Positions 13,624-23,043 of a stretch of DNA of 32,000 nt are shown in pieces. Every line of letters begins with the position of its first letter. The stretch's first letter is position 1. Origin of the DNA: Thermofilum adornatum (GTDB lineage Archaea > Thermoproteota > Thermoprotei > Thermofilales > Thermofilaceae); the NCBI RefSeq assembly GCF_000446015.1, contig NC_022093.1, forward strand, positions 1,444,806 to 1,476,805, given 5' to 3'. Under the pieces are notes generated by a model, which made no database searches, was not told the DNA's origin, and saw nothing but the letters and a program-made list of their open reading frames with translations. Made by a program: the position numbers and the translations under genes.

Positions 13624-14487
13624 ATGTTGCTTTGGGCAAATTTTATTTCTTGTATTCGCAAAGAGCTATGTGTGGAGATTAGGAGCTTGGTGTCGCAGGC
13701 CTGGGAGAGCCTTAACAAGGTGAAAGAGCTAGTTGGTTCTGGAGTTTCCAGTGATCTGGAGGTGGCCGCTTTAAGATGGTATCTTTATTCTCTGCATCAG
13801 AATGTTCTTGACGCTTTAGCTTCTCTGATTTCTGAGGCTGGGCTGAGGAAGCCGGGTTCCTACGCGGAGCTGGCGAAGCCTTTGGCTGAAAAGGGCTTAG
13901 TATCTGAATGGTTTGCTTGTGAGGTGGCGAGGATGGCAAGGACTGGGAATCTGCTTGCGCATGCCTATCGGAGGGTTCCCAGGGAGGAACTCGTAGAGAT
14001 TGGAAACCGGGTCTTTGGGACAGCTCCAGCGCTGCTGGAGACAATAATCAAGCTAGCTGAGAGGCTTGGGGTTGATCCGCCTCATGAGAATGCGTCGAGT
14101 GATATGATAGCAGTTTTTAAGCAGTATCCGGGGATAATTGCTGTTCTGCTTTTTGGCAGTAGGGCTCGGGGCGACTATAGGCCTGACAGCGACTATGATA
14201 TTGCTGTCCTAGCGGAAAAACCGCTGGAACTGAGAGAGCTGGAAGAAATGGCCCTAGAGATGGCTGACTTGCTAGGAGTTCCAGCCGACAGGGTTGACAT
14301 TGTTGACCTGCAGGTTGCCCCTAACGAGTTGCTCTACAAGGTTATTAGGGACTATGTTCCTATATATGTTTCTGACAATGAAAGGTTTAAGAGGTGGGTC
14401 TCTGAAAACTATATAAGGGTTCTCGACGAGGAAGAATCTCTTAAGGAAACCTATTACATTCGCTTAAAGAAGAAGCTCAGGCAATGA
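13624..14487 (+). CDS. single-chain HEPN (DUF86-like) + MNT nucleotidyltransferase fusion
   Basis: The N-half has GSYAELAKPLAEKGLVSEWFACEVARMARTGNLLAHAY, a DUF86 layout with R-x6-H followed by Y. The C-half has AVLLFGSRARGDYRPDSDYDIAVL, an exact GSx10DxD, plus RVDIVDL. Confidence 0.75.
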   Translation: MLLWANFISCIRKELCVEIRSLVSQAWESLNKVKELVGSGVSSDLEVAALRWYLYSLHQNVLDALASLISEAGLRKPGSYAELAKPLAEKGLVSEWFACEVARMARTGNLLAHAYRRVPREELVEIGNRVFGTAPALLETIIKLAERLGVDPPHENASSDMIAVFKQYPGIIAVLLFGSRARGDYRPDSDYDIAVLAEKPLELRELEEMALEMADLLGVPADRVDIVDLQVAPNELLYKVIRDYVPIYVSDNERFKRWVSENYIRVLDEEESLKETYYIRLKKKLRQ

Positions 14488-14661
14488 ATCTCTTAGTCTT
14501 AAAAGTAACAGTGCTGGGTGTATGTAAGGGAAAATATTTTGCGAAAAGTAAATATTTGTTTACGTAGGTTTATTCGCGTAATTTAGGGCGAGGCGTGTAG
14601 GGATGCAGGGATGCAGTGACACGTCAGACATGTTCAATGTTTTTTCTCTGGTGGTAACACT

Positions 14662-15894
14662 ATGCTCGACACCGCTTGCCTGCTAGGGATTGCCAGGTTA
14701 CTGTATGTGCTATTGTCTTCTCTGAGCACCTTTACACTCTTCCTTATACTTCTATGGACTGTTTACCATACTCCTATTGTCCTTGCCGCGGTGTTTTCTA
14801 GGAGGGACAAAGACGACCCGCCCGGAGACAATTATTTGCCTAGGGTCAGCGTGATTATACCCGTCAAGAACGATGTGAGTATTGCTGAGCGTTCTCTAAG
14901 GTCCGTGGCTGTTCAAGATTATCCACGCGACAAGATCGAGGTTGTCGTCGTAGATGGCTCCAGCGATGACGTCTCTGAAAAAATAAAAGCCAGCATTCAA
15001 GGCTTCCCTTTGGACGTCAAATACATAAGGGAGGATACGCCAAACGGGAAGCCCTCAGCGCTCAACCGTGGATTAAGGCATGTTTCAGGAGAGCTGGTGG
15101 CTGTGCTGGACGCAGACAACGTGCTTGAACCAGACGCCTTTAGGAACGCTGTAAAGTACTTCTCTGACCCAACAGTAGGGGCAGTACAGGGGGTCATCGA
15201 CCCCTTGAATGAGAAAGAGTCTATCTGGACGAGGATAGCTTCAAAGGAAGAGAAGCTCTGGAACAGGGTTCTTCTCCTCGGCAGGGCCCGGCTTGGCCTC
15301 TTTACGCCGCTTAGCGGAAGCTGTTATTTTGTCTCGCGCAGGGCTCTTCAAGAGATTGGCGGTTTTCCTAATACCCTAGCGGAAGACCTTGACCTGTCCC
15401 TGAGCCTATTGAAAAAGGGCTACAGGGTTGTATACGCCGAGGATGTGAGGGGCAAGTGGGAGACGCCTAAAACGCTTGGGGCGCTTGTCGTGCAGCGTAG
15501 GAGGTGGTATAGGGGCTACCTTGAGTCGTTTTTTAGGAACTGGAGGATAATTGGGCCAGATAGGAGGCGCTTGGACGCAGAAGTAGTTATGGCTGGACCA
15601 CTTCTTCTCGTTCTAAGCTTTTTAACAATCATGTGGTGGCTTCTCATAACGACGCTCGGCCTCCCGAAACTTAACGGTGATATATCAGCGTATATTGTTA
15701 CCTCTTTGAATTTCTTCACTGTTCTCACAGTGGGATCGGCCTTGTCGTTTGGCGAGAAGCCTCGCCGCTTGACAAACATCGCATGGATACCCATTGTGTA
15801 TGCGTATTGGTTGACAATGATGAGTGTTGCTCTTTGGGCTTTTCTCGGGGTATTGTTCAGGAGGCCTGCCAAGTGGGAGAGGACTCCCAAGTAA
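14662..15894 (+). CDS. membrane-embedded family-2 glycosyltransferase, processive synthase type
   Basis: N-terminal TM pair, then VVVDGSSDD, LDADN (DxD), LAEDLDL (ED) and QRRRW (QxxRW), then three to four C-terminal TM helices. This architecture resembles NodC/PgaC/IcaA/HAS-class synthases. Confidence 0.85.
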   Translation: MLDTACLLGIARLLYVLLSSLSTFTLFLILLWTVYHTPIVLAAVFSRRDKDDPPGDNYLPRVSVIIPVKNDVSIAERSLRSVAVQDYPRDKIEVVVVDGSSDDVSEKIKASIQGFPLDVKYIREDTPNGKPSALNRGLRHVSGELVAVLDADNVLEPDAFRNAVKYFSDPTVGAVQGVIDPLNEKESIWTRIASKEEKLWNRVLLLGRARLGLFTPLSGSCYFVSRRALQEIGGFPNTLAEDLDLSLSLLKKGYRVVYAEDVRGKWETPKTLGALVVQRRRWYRGYLESFFRNWRIIGPDRRRLDAEVVMAGPLLLVLSFLTIMWWLLITTLGLPKLNGDISAYIVTSLNFFTVLTVGSALSFGEKPRRLTNIAWIPIVYAYWLTMMSVALWAFLGVLFRRPAKWERTPK

Positions 15895-15914
15895 AGTTAT
15901 AAATGTTATAGTTT

Positions 15915-17894
15915 TTGGAAAATGTGGCTTGGTGTATGGCACGCGGCCCTACTGAGAAGATGATTGCGGCAATGCTGGTCTTGTTGCTAGTTGTTTACAC
16001 ACAGACGTCGACTGTGACGCATCATGTAGCCGTGGAAGTTAAGGCTGAGCCACTGGTGGACTGGCTTGAGCTTGCTAGGTCTGCTTGGAACTACTTTCAG
16101 CCCGGGGTTGGTCTTAGCAGTCTAGGCTTAAATTATGCCTCTATATCGTGGCACTATTTGACTGACTGGGATCTTGGATGCTATATTTCTGCGATTGTTG
16201 ATGCCGAGGCTCTCGGCTTAGTGGATAAAGAAGGAACAATGGGTAGTGATGCTAGAATAAGGAAAGTGCTGAATTTCCTTGCTACTCGCCCCCTACACCC
16301 AAGCGGGGTCCCCTACGGTGTTTATGATGCAGACACGGGTGAGCCAGGGACAACTAGCCCATCGAACCCCAGCGACGCGGGACGTCTTCTTATAGCTCTT
16401 TACCGGCTGAAGCAACACAGACCGGAGTTTTCAAACTATATCGACTATGTCGTGGAGAGGAATGGTATGTTAAAGTTTGCTGGTGGGGTTCCTAATAACG
16501 GTTTTTACTCTTATTACTATGCTTACGGCTACTACTTGTGGGGTGCGAGAACCAGGCAAGTCAACGATGCTCTGAACGTGCTTTCAACACTTAGGTCTAA
16601 ACAGGTGGTTGACGCTTACGGGGTAAAGCTTCCCTTTGTAGAGATAACGATGGAGCCAATACTCTACTCGATCTTTGAGCTAAGCTTGCCTGAGGATTTC
16701 TTTTACTGGGCGAACCTGACACTCCAGGCACAATTTAACAGGTACAAGGCAACGGGGAAGCTGACAGCGTTTACTGAAGGAAACCTTGCAGTACCACCCT
16801 ACTACATATACGAGTGGATAGTCGACATTTACACTGGGAAAACCTTTACTTTATGGAGTCCTTCTATGGGGCACACCAGCTTGACTCCTGTTGTATTTAC
16901 CAAGGCGGCCATAGGCATGCATGCAATATGGGAAAATGAGTATACGTCACTACTTTTAAACTATGTCATGAAAGCAAAGACACCAAATGGCTTCTATGAG
17001 GGTGTTGACGAGAACGGTAACATAATCTACATTATGACTGATAAAACGAATAGCCTAATTATTAACGCCGCCAGGTACGCACTACAAAAGGCTAAGCCGC
17101 CTTCACTCGTTGTACAGGAGACCTTAGAGACTTTTCCAGGCGAATCTGTGACTCTACCTGTCCTTGTTAACCATTCGCTCTCGCTACCCGTGCATCTAAA
17201 CGTCTCGTCTGGGATAGAAGGTCTCACATTATCCTTACAAAACTCTTCTGGGAAAACCCCTCTAAAAACAAATCTTACAATTACAGTTTACAACATGATT
17301 AGGCCAGGCTCTTATCAAGTAATCATCCTTGCCACTTCCCCACTTGCCAAGCCCGTAAACAGGACTTTGACTGTTATCGTGAAACCTCCAGGATATACAT
17401 TGAAGATAAAAGCTCTCAATGCCTGTGGAGAGCCCGCGTCGAACGTAACCATAGTTCTAGGAGACTTCAAGGGACTCACGGCCCGAGACGGGACACTGAC
17501 ATTTCGACATCTCAACGGCACCTATATGTTGTATGCGTTTCTAGGGAGAGTACAGGTGGCCGACCCAACAACTATAACAATCTCCTCAGACACGGAGCTC
17601 ACACTTAAGCTCAAACTATACAAGGTTCTCATAGATGCCAAGACTACCAAGGGGACACCCGCTGAGGGCATCATTCTTAGGGCTTTTGTTGACGACCAAT
17701 TCTTGTCCTATGCAAAAACCAATAGTAGCGGGCTAGCGGTTCTCAAAAACATTCCGCCAGGAAACATAACAGTAAAGGCTTACTCGAGTGACGGGAAAAT
17801 AGAACTAGGTAGCTGGAGCATAACTGTGCGGGGAGACGTTGACGTGGTCGACCCAGAGATAGTTGTTCCCGAGATAGGAAAAATAGAGGCATAA
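15915..17894 (+). CDS. secreted or anchored sequon-rich protein: aromatic-rich N-domain plus two carboxypeptidase-regulatory-like beta repeats
   Basis: Hydrophobic signal/anchor MIAAMLVLLLVVYTQTS and about ten N-x-S/T sequons. Repeats YTLKIKALNACGEPASNVTIVLGD...DGTLTFRHLNGTYMLYAF and YKVLIDAKTTKGTPAEGIILRAF...SGLAVLKNIPPGNITVKAY fit the CarboxypepD_reg-like pattern. The function of the N-domain was not identified. Confidence 0.6.
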   Translation: MENVAWCMARGPTEKMIAAMLVLLLVVYTQTSTVTHHVAVEVKAEPLVDWLELARSAWNYFQPGVGLSSLGLNYASISWHYLTDWDLGCYISAIVDAEALGLVDKEGTMGSDARIRKVLNFLATRPLHPSGVPYGVYDADTGEPGTTSPSNPSDAGRLLIALYRLKQHRPEFSNYIDYVVERNGMLKFAGGVPNNGFYSYYYAYGYYLWGARTRQVNDALNVLSTLRSKQVVDAYGVKLPFVEITMEPILYSIFELSLPEDFFYWANLTLQAQFNRYKATGKLTAFTEGNLAVPPYYIYEWIVDIYTGKTFTLWSPSMGHTSLTPVVFTKAAIGMHAIWENEYTSLLLNYVMKAKTPNGFYEGVDENGNIIYIMTDKTNSLIINAARYALQKAKPPSLVVQETLETFPGESVTLPVLVNHSLSLPVHLNVSSGIEGLTLSLQNSSGKTPLKTNLTITVYNMIRPGSYQVIILATSPLAKPVNRTLTVIVKPPGYTLKIKALNACGEPASNVTIVLGDFKGLTARDGTLTFRHLNGTYMLYAFLGRVQVADPTTITISSDTELTLKLKLYKVLIDAKTTKGTPAEGIILRAFVDDQFLSYAKTNSSGLAVLKNIPPGNITVKAYSSDGKIELGSWSITVRGDVDVVDPEIVVPEIGKIEA

Positions 17895-17900
17895 TGCCAT

Positions 17901-19370
17901 GTGGTGACAATTATGCGTCTCGGTGAAGATAAGGCAAGGGTGCTCGCGTTTTTCGTTCCCATGTTTGTGAGAGCGATTCCAGAAGTATTGTCCTGGCCTT
18001 ATCCAATTGGGTTCGATACCATTGTCTATGCTGGCTACGCGGTTAGAGGAACATTTGTCAGGATGCCTGTTCTACAAGTGTTTAAGACAACAAGCTTGCT
18101 CTATATCATCTACACGTTGCTATATAAGGCTCTGGAAGACCCCCTTCTCCCTGCAAAGTTATTGGGACCATTGCTAACTGGCCTCGTGGGTTTTACTATT
18201 TATTTGTATGGTAGGGCCGCCGGCTATAAGCCGGGAACATCTCTTCTCGCCTCCCTGCTTGCCACCACATATTTTGTTGGGCTCAGGATTTCCTGGGAGA
18301 TGTATAGGCAGATGCTCGGAACGATCTTCCTCTTCCTGATATTTTACCTCGAGACAAGGCCCCAGACGAAGACGAACAGGCTTGGCCAGGCGGTCTTGTC
18401 GTTCCTCACGGCGTGGAGCCACGAATTCATAACTGTGATACTTCTATCACACAAGGCTATACAGTCGTTGGGAAAAAGGCACCCATACAAAATTATAGAG
18501 GAAGCCCTAACAGCCGTGCCGGCAGGCCTGCTTTTCCTGTACCAAATATACAGCCCCTCCACGGGCGCACTGCAGGTCCCAGTTTTGCAGGTAGCTTCGC
18601 CAACCCCTCTTCACCTCTTTCTATACATAACTGGCTTTGTCTTGTACCTCTATCTTCCGCTCGCACCCCTAATAGTCTTCGGGATAGGTGAGTTGGGCAA
18701 GCCACAGCTCAGGGACTTTGCCATTGTCTGCCTCCTGTTGACCTACTTGCCCCTCCTTAGCATAGGAATCCTCGACATTCTGTGGTTTAGGTGGACTATC
18801 CTCCTCGTCTACCCAGTAGCATTTTTGGCGGCTGGGGGCTTCGAGAGGCTCGTGAAGGGTGAGGCTCCCTTGAGCCGTGAGACTGCTAGGAGGCTAGCAG
18901 TTGCAACCCTCGTGCTGAATGTCGTGTTTACGGCTACTTACCTTGTCCTGCCTCCCGAGGGACAGTTTAACAAGTATTTTGGAGACTGGAACATGTATAA
19001 ACAGTTCATGCAGACATCCATGCTCCAGTCTTGTATCCCCCTGAGAGACATACCCCCAACCATTGAGGCCATTAAATGGGTAGACTCTCTCCCCGGGAAT
19101 AAGACCCTCGTGCTCCACGAGGCCTTCCATAACTGGGCCCAAATATATGCAAAAAACACGAGGCTCGTCAGGATTAACGAGCAGAAGCTTTCTTCTCCAA
19201 TAAGGCAGAACATCTCGCAACTACTAGTAGCCTTGGCAGAAAAACAAAACACCACTGTCTATACCATATGGTGGACAAATACAACGTGGTATAATATGTC
19301 CTCGCCACCTCCACAGTACAAGCTTATAAAAACATTCCATGACATTGCAGTATACGTCTACCAGCCTTAA
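17901..19370 (+). CDS. polytopic membrane protein with extracellular C-terminal domain, possible GT-C-like transferase or polymerase
   Basis: About 10-12 hydrophobic helices. The first loop is PEVLSWPYPIGFDTIVYAG, containing Asp. The last ~110 aa is soluble with five sequons (NKT, NIS, NTT, NTT, NMS). The ATG at 17913 is an alternative start. Confidence 0.55.
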   Translation: MVTIMRLGEDKARVLAFFVPMFVRAIPEVLSWPYPIGFDTIVYAGYAVRGTFVRMPVLQVFKTTSLLYIIYTLLYKALEDPLLPAKLLGPLLTGLVGFTIYLYGRAAGYKPGTSLLASLLATTYFVGLRISWEMYRQMLGTIFLFLIFYLETRPQTKTNRLGQAVLSFLTAWSHEFITVILLSHKAIQSLGKRHPYKIIEEALTAVPAGLLFLYQIYSPSTGALQVPVLQVASPTPLHLFLYITGFVLYLYLPLAPLIVFGIGELGKPQLRDFAIVCLLLTYLPLLSIGILDILWFRWTILLVYPVAFLAAGGFERLVKGEAPLSRETARRLAVATLVLNVVFTATYLVLPPEGQFNKYFGDWNMYKQFMQTSMLQSCIPLRDIPPTIEAIKWVDSLPGNKTLVLHEAFHNWAQIYAKNTRLVRINEQKLSSPIRQNISQLLVALAEKQNTTVYTIWWTNTTWYNMSSPPPQYKLIKTFHDIAVYVYQP

Positions 19371-19489
19371 GGTACTGCAAAGCCCTCGCTTTATTGGAGA
19401 TAATTTCTCAATGTTTTGTTTCTATCTTTAATAAAAATAAATCAACCAAGCTTAAATATTTAGGATCGTTCCAGTAATTCAGGGAATGT

Positions 19490-20524
19490 ATGGGGTATCC
19501 GCGGGTATCCTTAATATGGGTGAACTATAATTCTGGAAGGTTTTTAGAGATTGCAAAGGAGTCTCTTCTGGCACTTACAGAGCTAGATTATCCGAGCTAC
19601 GAGGTTATAGTGGTTGATAATGGTTCCAACGATGCGAGCCGTGAGTACGTACGTGAGATTGCCGAGAAGTATAGGTTCAAATTCATAGGTTTAGCGCGAA
19701 ACCTGGGGTTTACTGGTGGGAACAATGTAGGCTTCAGGGCTCGGGATAAAGAAGCTAAATATGTTGTTCTGATAAATAACGATGCGATAGTTTACAAGGA
19801 TAGTTTACGGGAGTTGGTAGAGTTTATCGAAAACGAGAGAGCTGTGGGAGCTGCTCAGGGAATAATTTTAAGCTCAGACAACACGGTAGATTCAGCCGGC
19901 GTAATTATGGATGAGGTTTTGGCTTCCCATCCACTTTACAGGTACAAATCTCCTGGAATGATTAATAGGCCGCTTGCTGTAACGTATACAAGTGGAGCTT
20001 ATTCTATTTATAGGGTAAGTTCTCTTCTCGATGTATGGCATGGTATGGAAAAGATTTTCTTTGACTTTGGCTTTGGGTACTTTGATGACAATGTGCTTGG
20101 TTTACAAATGTGGAATCATGGATGGAAATGCAGAGTTTACCCAGTAAAAGTGGGCATCCATAAAGCAAGCCTATCTTTCGGCAGGGCAAGCTCCCTAAGA
20201 GCATACCTATCTCTGAGAAACACCTTGTTGTTGAACGAGATCACCAATAGTCGATACAAGTCAGTTATTCCAATTTTTGCGTTCCGAGACGCTTTTCCCA
20301 GAGCTTTTAGGTCGAAGGACAAATTCTATGAAGTTATAGCTTATGCAATAAAAGACTATAAACGTTTTAAGCCCTTTTTAGTTGGTTATAGGCTTGACAT
20401 CTACAAGGCCCCTATTATGAAAATAGAGCCCTGGAACTTGATAAAGTTTCTTGGACTAAGGCGTAGGGTTACACATAAGATAGATGAGGAATTATCTCTA
20501 TTCTTCAAAGACACCAAAAAATAG
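19490..20524 (+). CDS. soluble family-2 glycosyltransferase (rhamnosyltransferase-like)
   Basis: VSLIWVNYNSGRFLEIAKESLLALTELDYPSYEVIVVDNGSNDAS and VLINNDAIV are typical GT2 GT-A motifs. Confidence 0.85.
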   Translation: MGYPRVSLIWVNYNSGRFLEIAKESLLALTELDYPSYEVIVVDNGSNDASREYVREIAEKYRFKFIGLARNLGFTGGNNVGFRARDKEAKYVVLINNDAIVYKDSLRELVEFIENERAVGAAQGIILSSDNTVDSAGVIMDEVLASHPLYRYKSPGMINRPLAVTYTSGAYSIYRVSSLLDVWHGMEKIFFDFGFGYFDDNVLGLQMWNHGWKCRVYPVKVGIHKASLSFGRASSLRAYLSLRNTLLLNEITNSRYKSVIPIFAFRDAFPRAFRSKDKFYEVIAYAIKDYKRFKPFLVGYRLDIYKAPIMKIEPWNLIKFLGLRRRVTHKIDEELSLFFKDTKK

Positions 20525-20665
20525 TATAAACTTGGTTGTATGAAGTTTGTTTTAATTTGATGTTGGATTGTTCCCCTTGGGCAATGTTTCCAGCAAAACT
20601 ACTGTGAATATTTTCCAGCTAAACTCTTTTAAACAGGCAGATGTCGGTATGTAGGTGGGAGCGTT

Positions 20666-21610
20666 ATGATTGCAATGTTTAATGATTGTGCCTATGTTGG
20701 TGAGACGCTTGTTAAGTACTTTCCGAGGGAGCTACCTGTTATACATATAAAAAGGAGTAGAGGTCTATGGAGTAAAACATTTGGTATAGCTTTAAAGATC
20801 CTGAGAACGAAGGCCGAGTTATATCATGTTCATTATCTTCTGCAGGACTGTTATATAGCAGGCAAGCTTGGGAAGAAGCCGCTTGTTGGGCATGCACATG
20901 GAAGTGACTTAAGGAGAACTTTGTTTCATCCTGTGTGGGGCAGAATTGTAAGGTATAACCTAAAAGTTTCTGATAGGGTGCTTGTGAGTACTCCTGATAT
21001 CCTTGGGATAGCTAGGAAGTTTAGAGAAGACGCTGAATATCTGCCTAACCCTGTAGATACGAAAATTTTTTACCCTAAACCTCTCATTGGACGTGAGAAG
21101 AAAAAGGTTCTTATAGCCTCTGACTCCAACTGGAGCGTAAAGGGAACTGATATAGCAATTAGAGCTTTAAGCAGAATAAAGGATAAAGTCGAGGTGAGTA
21201 TCATTAGATATGGTAGGGACTTTGAAAATACTGTTCTACTTGCACAAAAGTTGGGTTTAAAGTTAAATGTTCTTCCAAAGGTTTCCCATGAGAAACTGGT
21301 TGAGTATTTCTGGGAACATGATGTTGTTATTGATAGGTTTAAGCTTGGCTCTCTTGGGATGGTTTCTTTGGAGGCTATCGCTGCTGGCAGACCGGTTTTA
21401 TGCTATGTTTCTTCTGAATTTGAGGAATATAGGGATTTCCCATTGAAAGACGTTCGGGACGAAGAAGAGATTATTGAAGCAGTCATGAACGCAGATGAGG
21501 ATTTATGGAGGAAGCAATATGCTTATTTAATGAAGCATCATGAGCCCAATACGGTAGCAAAAAGGGTATTGGAAATTTACAGGTCTCTAGGCGTCGAAAT
21601 ATCTGTTTAG
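20666..21610 (+). CDS. GT-B glycosyltransferase (GT4/GT1-like)
   Basis: GHAHGSDL in the N-half. The C-half LGMVSLEAIAAGRPVLCYVSSEFEE matches the E-x7-E region of retaining GT4 enzymes. It is short for the family. Confidence 0.7.
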   Translation: MIAMFNDCAYVGETLVKYFPRELPVIHIKRSRGLWSKTFGIALKILRTKAELYHVHYLLQDCYIAGKLGKKPLVGHAHGSDLRRTLFHPVWGRIVRYNLKVSDRVLVSTPDILGIARKFREDAEYLPNPVDTKIFYPKPLIGREKKKVLIASDSNWSVKGTDIAIRALSRIKDKVEVSIIRYGRDFENTVLLAQKLGLKLNVLPKVSHEKLVEYFWEHDVVIDRFKLGSLGMVSLEAIAAGRPVLCYVSSEFEEYRDFPLKDVRDEEEIIEAVMNADEDLWRKQYAYLMKHHEPNTVAKRVLEIYRSLGVEISV

Positions 21611-21706
21611 CTTTGCAAAATATGTGAGGGCATGAAAAACCCCGCATGTCAATAATCCTCTTCATAAAATTTAAATGAAGTAGCCTGGTGTTAACGGTGG
21701 ATCTCC

Positions 21707-22561
21707 ATGATACTTGTCACTTATGTCCCATTTTATCGGATACACGAGGTTTTACTCTACTTTACCAAGAATTGTGAAATAATTTCGCCGAGGGAATGCT
21801 GGGTGTTTGTTGACAATGTTTATCATGAGAAACAGAAAGAGCTTTTGAGAAAAATTTTCCCAGACAGTTACCTGTTGTCTACGGGAAACTGGAGGAATAG
21901 AACGGAGACATGGCTAGAAATTATTAGACATGCTTCTGCTACAGACGACGAATGTGTGGTTGTTGACAGCGATAATTTGTTAGAGGATTCATTCAAGGAA
22001 ATCTATTCAGCTTTAAAGGACGCCCCCTTGTATACACTTATGAACATAGAGGCATGGAGCAATGACCAGACAAGAGCCACATATTTGAGGCGTAGCAGGA
22101 AGATTGGAGAAATAACTATACGAGGAGAAACTAGACCCTTACTGCTTTATAAGGTTTACGAAGGTCCCGGACCAAGTTTATTCCGCGGAGGTTCTCCATT
22201 CTTTATAGGTCCTAAACAAGTAGTGGTTTTCAGAAAATATCCAAGCGAAGAGATCCTGAGGGGCATAGAAAGGGCAATCAGGGAAGTTGATCCTTGGCTT
22301 AGAAACTTTATAAATGACGAGACACCCCTAGGGATAATTGCCTACCTCATGGGGATTAAAGAGGTTTATTGGACTTTTGGCTCGTATCACTTGTATCATG
22401 GGTCAACTCCTTCTAGGCAAACACCTTTTCTGGTGGCTCTTGCCCACGTGCAGTTTGCAAATGGCTTAGCCAAGGTTTTTAGGAAAAAGGAATTTACATA
22501 TTATGGCTTGAAGTATAGGCTAGCATTTTGGAAGAACTTCTTAAACTTGCTGAGCGTTTAA
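21707..22561 (+). CDS. hypothetical protein with GT-A-like strand pattern and a DxD (VVVDSDN)
   Basis: ILVTYVP ... WVFVDN ... ECVVVDSDNLLED suggests a Rossmann-like GT-A layout. I recognise no family. It is the last gene of the glycan cluster. Confidence 0.5.
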   Translation: MILVTYVPFYRIHEVLLYFTKNCEIISPRECWVFVDNVYHEKQKELLRKIFPDSYLLSTGNWRNRTETWLEIIRHASATDDECVVVDSDNLLEDSFKEIYSALKDAPLYTLMNIEAWSNDQTRATYLRRSRKIGEITIRGETRPLLLYKVYEGPGPSLFRGGSPFFIGPKQVVVFRKYPSEEILRGIERAIREVDPWLRNFINDETPLGIIAYLMGIKEVYWTFGSYHLYHGSTPSRQTPFLVALAHVQFANGLAKVFRKKEFTYYGLKYRLAFWKNFLNLLSV

Positions 22562-22582
22562 AGAATACATTAAAACAGCAGT

Positions 22583-22969
22583 CTAGTGCGATTCATCTTC
22601 TTCTCTAGGTCCAGTTGCCTCTTCGGCTTTTCCGGCTAGGAACATTTCCATTGCTTCTTGCAGGGTCATTGTCTTTTTGCCCTGTGGGGGCGTCACGTAG
22701 TAGATTTTTATGCCGAGCTCTCTTAGCCTGTAGTAGGCCCCGTAGCCTGCTCCGAGCGATAGGAGGGTGTTTACCCCCTTCTTTACTAGCTCGTTGACTA
22801 CTCCTACTCCCCTGCCGTGTGAGTGGGTTAGGAAGGGGTTCTGGAATATTTCGACGATTCTGTAGCTGTTTCCGTCTAGGTCGATAATCGCAAAGCTGGG
22901 AGCCCTGCCGAAGTGTGGCACTAGGAGGATTTTGTCCCCGGACTTAACAACTGGAACCGCTATCCTCAT
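22583..22969 (-). CDS. NifX/NifB-C-terminal-like (dinitrogenase FeMo-cofactor-binding fold) small protein
   Basis: MRIAVPV...HFGRAPSFAIIDLDG...HGRGVGVVNELVKKGVNTLLSLGAGYGAYYRLRELGIKIY fits the PF02579-type pattern. Confidence 0.7.
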   Translation of the reverse strand: MRIAVPVVKSGDKILLVPHFGRAPSFAIIDLDGNSYRIVEIFQNPFLTHSHGRGVGVVNELVKKGVNTLLSLGAGYGAYYRLRELGIKIYYVTPPQGKKTMTLQEAMEMFLAGKAEEATGPREEDESH

Positions 22970-23043
22970 GTTTGTCGATGTGTGGTAGTCCTACCTTCAG
23001 AAATATTTTTCTATTGCAGAATCACCAGAGAGAATTTTTGCGT

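Noticed and set aside
14600-14615. Tandem GGGATGCA x2 and duplicated AAATATTT boxes upstream of the GT2 synthase gene
   Set aside because: Two units of an 8-mer and two AT boxes are within what chance and ordinary promoter architecture produce. This is noted but not elevated to a finding.
17027-19255. Multiple 60-110-aa ORFs antisense or out of frame within the 659-aa and 489-aa genes
   Set aside because: All are embedded in longer, better supported ORFs and show no domain-like patterns.
20540-20560. Mini-ORF MKFVLI-stop upstream of the GT4-like gene, resembling a canonical GT4 N-terminus and hinting at a disrupted longer gene
   Set aside because: Six codons are too few to support homology, and the frames between 20560 and 20666 give no GT4-like glycine-rich loop. 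The ATG at 20666 is kept as the start.
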